From positions 4,800-68,799 of the IMG/VR virus record IMGVR_UViG_3300035109_000103: a DNA stretch of 64,000 nt, one strand, 5' to 3'. The notes beneath the pieces were generated by a model that searched no databases, was not told where the DNA came from, and saw only the letters and a program-made list of their open reading frames with translations. This DNA is from a virus. Lineage: Duplodnaviria > Caudoviricetes. Position numbers and translations under genes: made by a program. Position 1 is the first letter of the stretch; every line of letters begins with the position of its first letter. This document shows positions 10,570-19,126 of this stretch, piece by piece.

Positions 10570-10958
10570 CCGTCATCACCTTCCTGTTTGGCGCCGCGTG
10601 CGATCTGCGCGGCGCGCTCTTCGGAAAACGCCTCGACAAACGCAGCGTCGATCTTTCGAAGGATCATGAGTTCGTCGCGGGTTACGACGAATCCCGTTAG
10701 CGCCGCCCATGCCGCCCATTCGACAGGAGTCAATCGCTGCGGGGAACCCTGCTCGCATCGCCGTGTATCGGACGCATCCCAAAACCATTCGAGGATATGC
10801 GCCCCACGCTGCGGAGCCGATATTTCGGGATTTGCCTCGGCCATGTCGAAGCGTTCATTGCGCTTCCGGCGCGTTTCCCCATTGCCGTCGGGCGTCTCAT
10901 AGCGGACGACGAGAGCGACGAAGCCGACGAGTTCCTTCGTCAGCCCGCGGTAAAATTT
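10566..10958 (-). CDS. Tail assembly chaperone C-terminal extension (gpT-like), reached by -1 frameshift
   Basis: Open -1 frame after slippery AAATTTT (10958-10952); ILEWFWD..R...QRLTPVEWAAW motif; precedes tape measure. Confidence 0.75.
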   Translation of the reverse strand, partial: KFYRGLTKELVGFVALVVRYETPDGNGETRRKRNERFDMAEANPEISAPQRGAHILEWFWDASDTRRCEQGSPQRLTPVEWAAWAALTGFVVTRDELMILRKIDAAFVEAFSEERAAQIARGAKQEGDDG

Positions 10959-11326
10959 CCGATCTTGCCCTTCGCCTTCGCGACCTGATCGTAAATCCAG
11001 CTCTCGGAAAGCAAGATTTCCGCGACCTTTTCCGGCGAGAATTCCGGCACACTGCCATGGAACGTGTGGCCGCCCCAATCCCAGCTGGCAACATGCGCCG
11101 CCAAGATCGCCGCATTGCGCTTTTCCAACGTGGCCACCTTCAGCGGCGTGGCGGTAATGACCGCCTGTTCGGTCTCATCGTCGAGCAGTTTCCGGACGGC
11201 TGCCTTCACCGACTCGGAGTGCGGCGACTTGATCCGCCATGTCACTCCCGTCAGCTCTCCGGACAGCGGATGACGTAGCTCGAGCGGATATGTCGTTTCA
11301 TGGTTGAAGATCGTTCCGAGATCCAT
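10940..11326 (-). CDS. Tail assembly chaperone (gpG-like)
   Basis: Between tail tube and tape measure; LELRHP...W.WGG...WIYDQV motifs. Confidence 0.8.
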   Translation of the reverse strand: MDLGTIFNHETTYPLELRHPLSGELTGVTWRIKSPHSESVKAAVRKLLDDETEQAVITATPLKVATLEKRNAAILAAHVASWDWGGHTFHGSVPEFSPEKVAEILLSESWIYDQVAKAKGKIGNFTAG

Positions 11327-11367
11327 GTATTTTCCTTTCGAGGAATCGCCTTAGGACGACGCCGGCA

Positions 11368-11850
11368 TCAGAGCGTCGGCAGAACTTGAATATTCAGCTG
11401 GTTCATCCCGAGCGAAAACGTCTCGAGAATGAAGTCTTCGACGCCGGAGCCAGGACGCTCCGGTCCAGTGACAATCCCCTTGTTGTAAATGATCGTGTTC
11501 GAATAGCCGGCGCTCGGGGCGTCCGCGTATTCGAGCTTGAACGCATATTCCTGTTTGTTTTGCGGGACGGCCGCCGCGCGCAGCGCGACCTGACCGGCAT
11601 CGTCATAGATGTAAGCGAGCTCCAGGCTCCAATCGCCGCCGTTCGTAATGCCCTTGTCCTTCTGCGACACGTCGGTATCGAGCGTGTCGTATTTGACGAC
11701 GTTCGTCGTCGTCGAGACGCCGCCGACCTTTCCGACCTTGTGGATTTGCACCCAGGTCAGCGCGACGAAGGCGGATTGGTCGAGCGTTCCGCTCTGAGGG
11801 GTGGCGCAGATATAGAGCTTCGCGCCCTTCATGGTTTCGGGCTTCGACAT
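11368..11850 (-). CDS. Major tail (tube) protein
   Basis: Position after terminator; K.KGITNGGD...D.GQVALRAA motif. Confidence 0.85.
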   Translation of the reverse strand: MSKPETMKGAKLYICATPQSGTLDQSAFVALTWVQIHKVGKVGGVSTTTNVVKYDTLDTDVSQKDKGITNGGDWSLELAYIYDDAGQVALRAAAVPQNKQEYAFKLEYADAPSAGYSNTIIYNKGIVTGPERPGSGVEDFILETFSLGMNQLNIQVLPTL

Positions 11851-11874
11851 ATCGCTTTCCTTTTCGTTGCAGAG

Positions 11875-12300
11875 TTAGACGAATGCCCGCCACGCGACCG
11901 TCACGGGCGTTCGGGTCCACTTTTCCTCTTGGATCGGTCCGCCGATTCTCGGGCGCGCGTCGATCTTCAGAGCGAAGCTTTGATCGTCGGGCCGGAGCGT
12001 TGTTCCGGCGTCGAAGTGATCCGCGATGGCGGCGGCGATGCGCGCCGCGCTGATAGCGCCAGAGCCGCGCGGCGTCACGACAGCGACCTGCAACAGGCCG
12101 TGGTAGAGCGTGCCATCATCAAATGCGAGGAACGGGTCCGTGCTGCGGTTCGGGAGATAGTCGACCGCGAGAAACGCCTCCCCGATCGTCGGCGCGAAAG
12201 GCACGTCCGGCCATGCGATCGGCAGCGTAGGCGCGAGCGAAAGCGCGGATAAGTGGCTGAAAAGCAATGCAGGGATGGCGGCTTCCGGCGCGTCGGTCAT
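11875..12300 (-). CDS. Tail terminator-like protein
   Basis: IAWPDVPF.P...YHGLLQVAV..P.GSG...PVTVAW motif; synteny. Confidence 0.8.
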   Translation of the reverse strand: MTDAPEAAIPALLFSHLSALSLAPTLPIAWPDVPFAPTIGEAFLAVDYLPNRSTDPFLAFDDGTLYHGLLQVAVVTPRGSGAISAARIAAAIADHFDAGTTLRPDDQSFALKIDARPRIGGPIQEEKWTRTPVTVAWRAFV

Positions 12301-12317
12301 TCTGCTACCCTACGTCC

Positions 12318-12539
12318 ATGCAGCATGACGATGACTTGCCCCCGATGAGCGACGGCGAAATCCACGCGATCTTCGTCCGACTGCTCGAGAAGATCGGCGA
12401 CCGGCGAGGAAAGACGGAACTCGGTGAGAAGACGTTGCGCGCCGTCGAGCTATTCGTCGGCGGCTGCATGTTGGTAATGTTCAAGGAGATTGATCGCGGC
12501 GCTCATTCGACAGAACCGCCGCCTTCGCGCGAGCCGTAG
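12318..12539 (+). CDS. Small hypothetical protein, antisense moron (73 aa)
   Basis: ATG 12318; helical protein-like sequence; opposite strand to late operon, overlaps 3' end of gp10-like gene. Confidence 0.5.
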   Translation: MQHDDDLPPMSDGEIHAIFVRLLEKIGDRRGKTELGEKTLRAVELFVGGCMLVMFKEIDRGAHSTEPPPSREP

Positions 12540-12960
12540 CTTCGGCGACGATCCACGGCCAGTTCTGCGCGGCGAGGCGGACCATGCCGACGCCGGACTG
12601 ATTGTAGTTTCGGCCAAGCGAATCCTGCCCGACGAAGCCATATTCGAGGCGGAGCGCATAAGCGGCGACGAAACCGAGATAGATCGTCTCTCCGAGCGGG
12701 ACGTTCGAAATGACGAGATTTATCGGTCCGGAGTCGACCGCGTATTTCGCGCCTTCAGCCGGCTTCGCATCGGCGCGGATCACTGGCATCTGCGAGCCGC
12801 TGGCCTGGAAGCTGTGCCGAAGAAAGCCCGTGTCGACGGGCGATTTCGCGACAACTTCCTCGGCGAGGTCTTCGGCAGCTATATGAAAGACCGCCTCAAT
12901 GCGCTCCTTGGTCTCGCGGACCCATGCTTCCACTTCGGCGGCGAATGTCTTCTCGGCCAT
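12481..12960 (-). CDS. HK97 gp10-like tail completion protein
   Basis: SPVDTGFLRHSF...YALRLEYG motifs; start ATG 12960 coupled to upstream stop. Confidence 0.85.
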   Translation of the reverse strand: MAEKTFAAEVEAWVRETKERIEAVFHIAAEDLAEEVVAKSPVDTGFLRHSFQASGSQMPVIRADAKPAEGAKYAVDSGPINLVISNVPLGETIYLGFVAAYALRLEYGFVGQDSLGRNYNQSGVGMVRLAAQNWPWIVAEATARAKAAVLSNERRDQSP

Positions 12961-13982
12961 CAGCGCAGCCCCCGCGTATAGTTGATCTTCACCTCTTCGC
13001 GGCAGCGGCATTGCGGCTCGTCGTACGGCGCGTGCATCTGTGAAGCCATGCCGGCAGGAACCTGATAAGGCTGGCGCCAGGGGACGCCTTTGCGGTTCAT
13101 CTGCTCGACTTCGCGGTGCGTTTCCCGGACACGCTCGTCATGAGCCGAAATCGGGAATTTGAGCAGGTCCTGTTCCTTGACCTGTCCCTTGTCGATCGCC
13201 TGCTCATAGGCTTCGGACTTCGCCGCCCCGAGCGCGCGGATGGTCTCGGTTCGCGAGATCGTGTCGGCGCGATATTTCAGAGAGCGATTCCGGTACGCGG
13301 TGAGCATCTTCGCTCGGGTCTCGGCCGGGATCGGCTTTCCGTCTTTGATCGCGCGCAGCACGGCGGCGTCGAAGCGCTTGTCGCGGAGCCCGCGCCCGAG
13401 CGCCTTGCGCAGCTCGGCGGGATCGGTTGAGGCCAGCTCGGCGGCGTAGCGGCGCTGCCAGGCGTCTTGCCCGCTGGTGAGCCCGATGACACCGCCGCTG
13501 CGCTTGCCTGTTCGCGCATCGATCCTGCCGACGACATCGAGCGCGGTCTCGCGCGGGTTGCGGCCCGACTCGAGACCGGCGCGCATGTTCTCCCGGATCA
13601 TGTTCCGCTGATCGTCGACAATCTCGGTGACGAGTCCCGACGACTTGTCCCGCGCCCATACCTCGGCGCGCGGCGAGCGGATGTCGAAGAGCACCTTGAT
13701 GAGCGCGCCGTCGCTCCCGCGCGCTGCTGGAATCGTCTCCGTAACCGCTGCGCCGCCGGCGCCATAGGCGTCGACAATCGCATTGCGGAGCCCTGAGAAA
13801 TCGTTCGGATCGAGACCGATGGCCCGGATCGCCCCTTCGATATCGTCGGCGCGCAGCCTGTCCTCGAGCGCTTTGATCGACACTTTATCGGCGATGCGCG
13901 CGATGGCGTCGAGAAACGCCTGGCGGACGCGCGGCTCGAATTTCTCGAGCAGCGCCTCGATCAAATCGCGGTTTGTCGCCAT
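12960..13982 (-). CDS. Head morphogenesis protein (Mu gpF / SPP1 gp7-like)
   Basis: RADTISRTET...HDERVRETH...P.CRC motifs. Confidence 0.85.
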   Translation of the reverse strand: MATNRDLIEALLEKFEPRVRQAFLDAIARIADKVSIKALEDRLRADDIEGAIRAIGLDPNDFSGLRNAIVDAYGAGGAAVTETIPAARGSDGALIKVLFDIRSPRAEVWARDKSSGLVTEIVDDQRNMIRENMRAGLESGRNPRETALDVVGRIDARTGKRSGGVIGLTSGQDAWQRRYAAELASTDPAELRKALGRGLRDKRFDAAVLRAIKDGKPIPAETRAKMLTAYRNRSLKYRADTISRTETIRALGAAKSEAYEQAIDKGQVKEQDLLKFPISAHDERVRETHREVEQMNRKGVPWRQPYQVPAGMASQMHAPYDEPQCRCREEVKINYTRGLR

Positions 13983-14003
13983 TGGATCGCGGTGGCTCGC
14001 CTA

Positions 14004-14609
14004 TTAGCTGCTTCTACCGAGCAAAACGATTTGATATTTCGCTTGCGCGCCGGCGGAATTGGCGATGCGCAGAATGTCGCCAGTATTGGCGGTCACCGTC
14101 GCGAGGCCGGCAATGGCCGGCGAAACTATCTTGAAGATGCCGCCCGGCCCGATCGGCCAAAGCGCGCTCGAGAACCCAGGAATCGTGTTCGTGCCGCCGC
14201 CGGGCGTGAGATTCGTCGTGTTCGGTGTTCCATCGCGTTGCTTGTTGATGATGAGCAGGGCGACCAGCTTCGCCATCGTGACCGGATTCCCGAATACGTC
14301 GGTCAGCACGCCGGAGAGGTCGATATCGTCATTGGTCGCGCTCGCGACCGTGCGCTCAGCGGCATAGCCGACGTCCACTTGGCCCGTGCTATTGCCGGCG
14401 GTCAGATTGATGATCTGCTCGAACGAGCCGCTCCATACAGGCGCGGCGCCGAGCACCGCCGGCACCCATTGAGACATGGATAGAGACGTGCGAAATTGTG
14501 CGTTCATCGTCATGATAGACACCCATTCTGGAGCGACCAAGAAGTCGTCGGTTGACGCGAGGAGAGTATTTTGGGCGTTGTCTAGGAGATATTTGTTGAT
14601 TATCGGCAC
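14004..14609 (-). CDS. Hypothetical virion-associated protein
   Basis: Beta-rich ORF in head-tail module; GTG start with AGGGG RBS inferred. Confidence 0.55.
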   Translation of the reverse strand: MPIINKYLLDNAQNTLLASTDDFLVAPEWVSIMTMNAQFRTSLSMSQWVPAVLGAAPVWSGSFEQIINLTAGNSTGQVDVGYAAERTVASATNDDIDLSGVLTDVFGNPVTMAKLVALLIINKQRDGTPNTTNLTPGGGTNTIPGFSSALWPIGPGGIFKIVSPAIAGLATVTANTGDILRIANSAGAQAKYQIVLLGRSS

Positions 14610-14620
14610 TCGACAATCCC

Positions 14621-15040
14621 CTACTTCTTCGCCAATCGCGCCCACTTCGGGCCGCGTGACTGCACATAGGCGGCGCCGAGCTGCAGAATGATGTCCTGCA
14701 GGGCGTAAGCTTCGAATTCCGGCGATGGGGTTTCCTCGCCCATTTCCTTGCGGATTTCTTGCCAGACATGGGCAGCTTCGTGCGCGATCATCGCCATGAT
14801 CGCCACAGCGGACATTGCATCATGTCGCTCGGCGATGCAGACAATGACCGCGACATCTCTGGATTTCTTATTACGACAGGTGGTCGCACTCGCATCGAGA
14901 ATCGGATAGGGCTCGCCTCTGCCGCCGAGGCGCGTCATCTCGCGTTTCCATGCCGATTCTGACGGGCAGAAACCGTAGTGGACGGGGAAGAAACCGCGAT
15001 CGCACCAGATCACGCGATCGGCGTCGTCGCGCTTCTTCAT
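14621..15040 (-). CDS. Small zincin-like protein (HExxH + downstream Glu)
   Basis: IAHEAAHVWQE...EFEAYALQ; translationally coupled to upstream gene. Confidence 0.6.
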   Translation of the reverse strand: MKKRDDADRVIWCDRGFFPVHYGFCPSESAWKREMTRLGGRGEPYPILDASATTCRNKKSRDVAVIVCIAERHDAMSAVAIMAMIAHEAAHVWQEIRKEMGEETPSPEFEAYALQDIILQLGAAYVQSRGPKWARLAKK

Positions 15041-15393
15041 CGGCGCGCCTGGACCTCATAGAACACGACGACGCCAGCCGGCGACAGCGGCTTCACGTCC
15101 ACGATTTCATGCGTGACGCCGCCGATGACGAGCGCGTCGGACTCCGAGGGCTCGATCGTCATGTCTTCGGTCGAGAGGTAGACGAGCTTGTCGCTCGCCT
15201 TAATGCGGGTCCCATCGATCTGCTTATCCTCGTACGACAGAACGACAATTCGGCAGGCGTGATCGGCGGTGCTCACAATTGGATCGAACTCCGGACCCGA
15301 GCTTGTCGATCGGCGCAGTTGCGCCCTCTGTCCGTAGCGCTTGATGAGCCGCTCGGCCGTGGCGCGTGGGCGCGAATAGTCGAAGGCGCTCAT
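15037..15393 (-). CDS. Head-tail joining / closure protein
   Basis: MSAFDYSRPRATAERLIKRYG...PAGVVVFYEVQAR; ATGA-coupled to adaptor gene. Confidence 0.8.
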   Translation of the reverse strand: MSAFDYSRPRATAERLIKRYGQRAQLRRSTSSGPEFDPIVSTADHACRIVVLSYEDKQIDGTRIKASDKLVYLSTEDMTIEPSESDALVIGGVTHEIVDVKPLSPAGVVVFYEVQARR

Positions 15394-15914
15394 ACGCGAT
15401 ACGAGGTTCCGACGATCGGCGAACCGCCGCCCCGGCAGACAAACGGCGCGATGAGATCGCGGACCATTGCCGATACGGCGCGATGCTCCTCGGCCCCGGC
15501 TAGCGGGTTTGCGTATTCGGTCTCGATCTGCCCGATAACCTCGCGCTTGATCGCTTCCGACGGGACGATCACCGGAGCGAGCGCATTCGGCGTCTCGAGT
15601 TCGATGAGCGCGAGCTCCGCGCATGCGCTCACGATCTCGATCGGGATTTCGTCGCTCCTGATCCCATAGCCCTCGAGATCGGTGCAACTGGCACGGGGCC
15701 ACGCGAGCGCCTGAGCGCGCCCATGGGTCCGGAGGCCCGCCCATGTCACCGAGCGCGACAAATACGCTGTAGCGCGCCGGATCGCGGCCTCTTTGTCGGC
15801 ATCCGCGCCGGTCCAGGCGGCATTCCCACGCGCCGCGTGATAGGCATCGCAATTGGCGACCGAGGCGAGAGCATCGGCGCCGGGCAGACCGGAGCCGGTT
15901 TCAACGGTCAGCAT
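15390..15914 (-). CDS. Head-tail adaptor (DnaT-like ssDNA-binding family as annotated in phages)
   Basis: MLTVETGSG...W.G....KEAAIRRATAYL...QALAWPR motif. Confidence 0.8.
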   Translation of the reverse strand: MLTVETGSGLPGADALASVANCDAYHAARGNAAWTGADADKEAAIRRATAYLSRSVTWAGLRTHGRAQALAWPRASCTDLEGYGIRSDEIPIEIVSACAELALIELETPNALAPVIVPSEAIKREVIGQIETEYANPLAGAEEHRAVSAMVRDLIAPFVCRGGGSPIVGTSYRV

Positions 15915-15917
15915 TGG

Positions 15918-16208
15918 TCAATCCGCCCAGTTGCTCGAGATGACGCCGCAGCGCCGGCACTGCGCGCCCTTCGGCGTCAGCCAGAACAGGAACTCGCCGC
16001 ATCGGCAGCGCCAATGCATTTCGGGTTCTATGGCGTGCTTCGGAGCGCCCCAATCGCGCCCGCATTTCGGACATTCCATATGTGTCGTGCCCACCGGAGC
16101 GACGCCCACCCATTCATGCTCGCAAGCGCCGCAAACGAACGTCCCGGCCAGATGCGGGCCGTCGATTTCCTCGCACTTCTCCGGTCGAAGATCTATGACG
16201 TTGCCCAT
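15918..16208 (-). CDS. Cys-rich zinc-ribbon hypothetical protein
   Basis: CGAC, CPKC, CRC, CRRC pairs in 96 aa. Confidence 0.6.
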   Translation of the reverse strand: MGNVIDLRPEKCEEIDGPHLAGTFVCGACEHEWVGVAPVGTTHMECPKCGRDWGAPKHAIEPEMHWRCRCGEFLFWLTPKGAQCRRCGVISSNWAD

Positions 16209-16226
16209 GGCACTCAGTGTTGCCTC

Positions 16227-16952
16227 CTACAGGCTAAGGCCGGCCGCCCTGCCGAGCCATTTGTTTACCGGCGAGCGGTTTGCGCCGAACGAACCTGCTT
16301 TGAAAATCCCGCCGAAGAATTTCATGCCGGTTGCCTGGACGGGGTTGAAGCCGCCGAGGTGAGCTGGTGATTGACCATTTGTCGCGGAATAGGAGCCATC
16401 CGCGACGTCGTTCCGATAGAACGCGCCGCTCGCGGCTCCGTCCATCATGAGCACGCATCGATCGGCGACAGAGAGCGCGGACCCAGCAGGCGCGTCGACC
16501 ACGCCGGTATGGGTCCCCCATTTCCCGCCTGATCCCGCCCCCGTCTTGGCCAGCATCATCATCGCGCCAGTTGCAAAGAGGCCGGTATAGCTGGACTTGA
16601 GCGACGCGATTTCGACCGCTGCGGCGAATGCGCCGGCCACGGCGATCGAATGAAGAAGCTGGTCGTCGACGCCATCGTAGGCGAGCCAGAAGAGGCCCCC
16701 GGCGGTGTGGAAGGTCGGCCGCGAGGCCGCTGTGGTTTGGTAGAGATAGTTGCCAGAGCCGGAGAGATCATCGACGCGGCCGACCGGATCGCTATCGGCC
16801 GTCACCGGGATCGTCCCGGCTGCATCCTGCCATAAGGACGAGAGGACGCGGATATCCCACACGGCTATCGGCGTAGCCGTTAGCGGGTCGAACGCCGCAT
16901 TCCCTTTCTTAGATAGGTTTGCGGAGGAAATATTCATCCCGATCCCGAGCAT
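16227..16952 (-). CDS. LamG/concanavalin-like virion protein
   Basis: MLGIGMNI start; WQDAAGT.PV...PVGRVDDLSGSG..Q.TAASRP...DGVDD motif typical of phage lectin-like decoration proteins. Confidence 0.65.
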   Translation of the reverse strand: MLGIGMNISSANLSKKGNAAFDPLTATPIAVWDIRVLSSLWQDAAGTIPVTADSDPVGRVDDLSGSGNYLYQTTAASRPTFHTAGGLFWLAYDGVDDQLLHSIAVAGAFAAAVEIASLKSSYTGLFATGAMMMLAKTGAGSGGKWGTHTGVVDAPAGSALSVADRCVLMMDGAASGAFYRNDVADGSYSATNGQSPAHLGGFNPVQATGMKFFGGIFKAGSFGANRSPVNKWLGRAAGLSL

Positions 16953-16963
16953 CTTCGGCTGTC

Positions 16964-17275
16964 TTACGAGATCGACTTCGCGTTGATTTTGTCGCCGACC
17001 TTGCCGACGATCGGAAGCCAACCGCCCGCGGCAATGACGACGCCTGCCGTGGTGGCAGCGCTCGCGGCCGTCGCAGCAGCATCCGGCGTTGTCCCGAAGG
17101 CGATAGCGACAGCAGTCGACTCGCCATTGACCACGATCGCGACCTCACCATTTGCGAAAGTGGCCGTGGTGGAAGCCGGGATAGTCAGCGATTCGCGAGC
17201 CCTGACCTGACCAATGCCCGGCGCATGGATAGAACCCATTCCGCGGGGCTCTGCGAAGCTGATGAAAACGGTCAC
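16964..17275 (-). CDS. Small hypothetical head-associated protein
   Basis: 103 aa beta-rich ORF after capsid-associated gene. Confidence 0.55.
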   Translation of the reverse strand: MTVFISFAEPRGMGSIHAPGIGQVRARESLTIPASTTATFANGEVAIVVNGESTAVAIAFGTTPDAAATAASAATTAGVVIAAGGWLPIVGKVGDKINAKSIS

Positions 17276-17796
17276 TGCGCGCCTCCACTGGAGAGTTCGG
17301 CGACCGCGGCCGCAGCTTCTTCCTCGGTTGGGAATCCCTTCGAGACGATCGTATCGCCGGCCTTCAGGAAAAAGAGACCGCGGGGGCCTTTGGCGACGGT
17401 GAGATCAGGCGTGCCAGGCTCTGGAGCCGATGCAGGGGCCGTTTCCGTCCCGGCGATCGGCTGTTCCGGAGCGGTCGTCGTTTCGACGGCCACGGGTCCC
17501 GTGCTCTGCTCCTGCGCTGGAGCGGCCTGAGCGCCGATGTCGAGAGCCTGTTGCGCGACGAGTGCGGCTATGGACGCCGCCTGACGAGCGACTTCTTCCT
17601 CGGCGGCCTTGCGCTGCGCTTCCTCTTCCGTAGCCAGGCGCTCGGCCTCGGCGCGAGCCTTCTCGACCGCCTGCACGGCAGCGCTGGCCTCGTCGACATA
17701 AAGCTCGTGCCGCTGCGGATCGAAATCCTCCTCATTGAGGACCACGAACAGCCCCTGATCCTTCGACCAAGGCTTCACGCGAATTGTGGGAATCAT
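17272..17796 (-). CDS. Hypothetical capsid-adjacent protein
   Basis: MIPTIRVKPW...LNEEDFDP..HELY N-terminal motif; coiled-coil/low-complexity middle. Confidence 0.6.
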   Translation of the reverse strand: MIPTIRVKPWSKDQGLFVVLNEEDFDPQRHELYVDEASAAVQAVEKARAEAERLATEEEAQRKAAEEEVARQAASIAALVAQQALDIGAQAAPAQEQSTGPVAVETTTAPEQPIAGTETAPASAPEPGTPDLTVAKGPRGLFFLKAGDTIVSKGFPTEEEAAAAVAELSSGGAQ

Positions 17797-17813
17797 GTGA
17801 GCTCCTCGAAATC

Positions 17814-17840
17814 GGCCGACGGCGCCAAGCGCCATCGGCC
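17814..17840 (-). terminator. 12-bp hairpin after major capsid gene (stabiliser or terminator)
   Basis: Minus strand GGCCGATGGCGC-TTG-GCGCCGTCGGCC; U.G pair works only on the minus strand; weak U tract. Confidence 0.5.
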
Positions 17841-17851
17841 ATGTCCCGGCC

Positions 17852-19024
17852 TTACGCGCCGATCAGCACGCCGGAGTGGCGAGGCGCGACCATCTTCACG
17901 CCCCAGGCCAGATTGACCTCGAAGCGCTGCTGGCGCTTCTGTTTGTAGACCGCGAACTCGTAGGCGATGCCCGAAACGGGATCGGTCATCGTCATCACGT
18001 CCTCGGCCGCGTCTCCACCATCGGGCATCGCCGGCGCGCGAGTCGCGAGCTGGATCGCCGAGCGATGGAAGAACATATTGCGGGTGGTCGCGCCGATCGT
18101 GGTGATGACGGTGGCCGCGGCCGGGATCGCCTGCTGGAGACCCGGTTCGGCGATGGTGATCGAGCCGCCATTCGACACATCGGTGTCGCCGGAAACGACC
18201 AAATATTTGTTGGTGTCCCCGGCGAAGCCGATGATATCGCCACCGATGAACGTGCCGGTGCCGGCCGCGGCGAGACCGATCGCCGTCGCCCCGACGGCAT
18301 AGCCCGCCGTATCGGTCGTCGCCGCGCCATTGTTCGTGCCCGCGGTGACTGCCTTTTTCACCTTTCCCGAGTTGTGGAGCGCGAAGCCCTCCACATCGCC
18401 GAGCACGCCGAAGCGCAGAAGCTGATCCGTGCCGGCTTCGTTGACCTTGAAGAGGCCGGACTGTTTGCCGCGGATATTGGCGACGGCGGTGGAGCCGAGC
18501 ACCATATGCAGGTCGCTCTGCGGGACGCCGTTATCGTCGAGAATGCGCCTCGACTGCGCGAAGTCGGAGAGGTCGCCCGCCGTGCCGAACGGGGTCGAAT
18601 TATAGGTGCCATAGGCGCGGCTGGCATAGACGTGCAGCGCCGCGATGTCGTTCTCGACCTCATTGGTGAGCGTGCGCAGCGCCTGCGCGATTCGATCCTG
18701 AGTGATCGTCCCGATGGTGCCGGAATTTTGCAGGCCACGGGTCTCCTCACCCGTGATTCCGAACGGAACCGAACGGGATTTAGTGATCGTCATCTGCACA
18801 TTGCCGATGGTCTGGTTCGGCGTATCCGCCGCATAGGCGGCGGGGGTCAGATCCTCAGCGGCCATCGCGCCGACGACCGGCGACGTGACCATCTGGCCGA
18901 CTGCCGCGCGCTCCGCAGACGAGTCTCGGGAAACGGCGGGAATGAAGCCGACCAGCTCGCGAGAGACAACGTCCATCGCGTTCATGATCGGAGTGATGAG
19001 ATTGGTGAGGGTAAGCGTCCCCAT
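17852..19024 (-). CDS. Major capsid protein (P22 coat-like, HK97 fold)
   Basis: MDVVSRELVGFIPAV...YKQKRQQRFEVNLAWGVK; follows scaffold. Confidence 0.92.
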   Translation of the reverse strand: MGTLTLTNLITPIMNAMDVVSRELVGFIPAVSRDSSAERAAVGQMVTSPVVGAMAAEDLTPAAYAADTPNQTIGNVQMTITKSRSVPFGITGEETRGLQNSGTIGTITQDRIAQALRTLTNEVENDIAALHVYASRAYGTYNSTPFGTAGDLSDFAQSRRILDDNGVPQSDLHMVLGSTAVANIRGKQSGLFKVNEAGTDQLLRFGVLGDVEGFALHNSGKVKKAVTAGTNNGAATTDTAGYAVGATAIGLAAAGTGTFIGGDIIGFAGDTNKYLVVSGDTDVSNGGSITIAEPGLQQAIPAAATVITTIGATTRNMFFHRSAIQLATRAPAMPDGGDAAEDVMTMTDPVSGIAYEFAVYKQKRQQRFEVNLAWGVKMVAPRHSGVLIGA

Positions 19025-19078
19025 ATCAGGACTCCTTTAGAGTTTGGATCAGCCGGCGGATGGCCCGCCATTCGAGGT

Positions 19079-19115
19079 GAGCCATCCGGCCCGAACGCCT
19101 TCCCTCATCCGAGAG
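19079..19115 (-). promoter_or_regulatory. Two C-GGAU-G loop hairpins in the capsid leader
   Basis: CTCTC-GGAT-GAGGG (19115-19102) and GGGCC-GGAT-GGCTC (19092-19079). Confidence 0.6.
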
Positions 19116-19126
19116 TCGGCTCGAAT

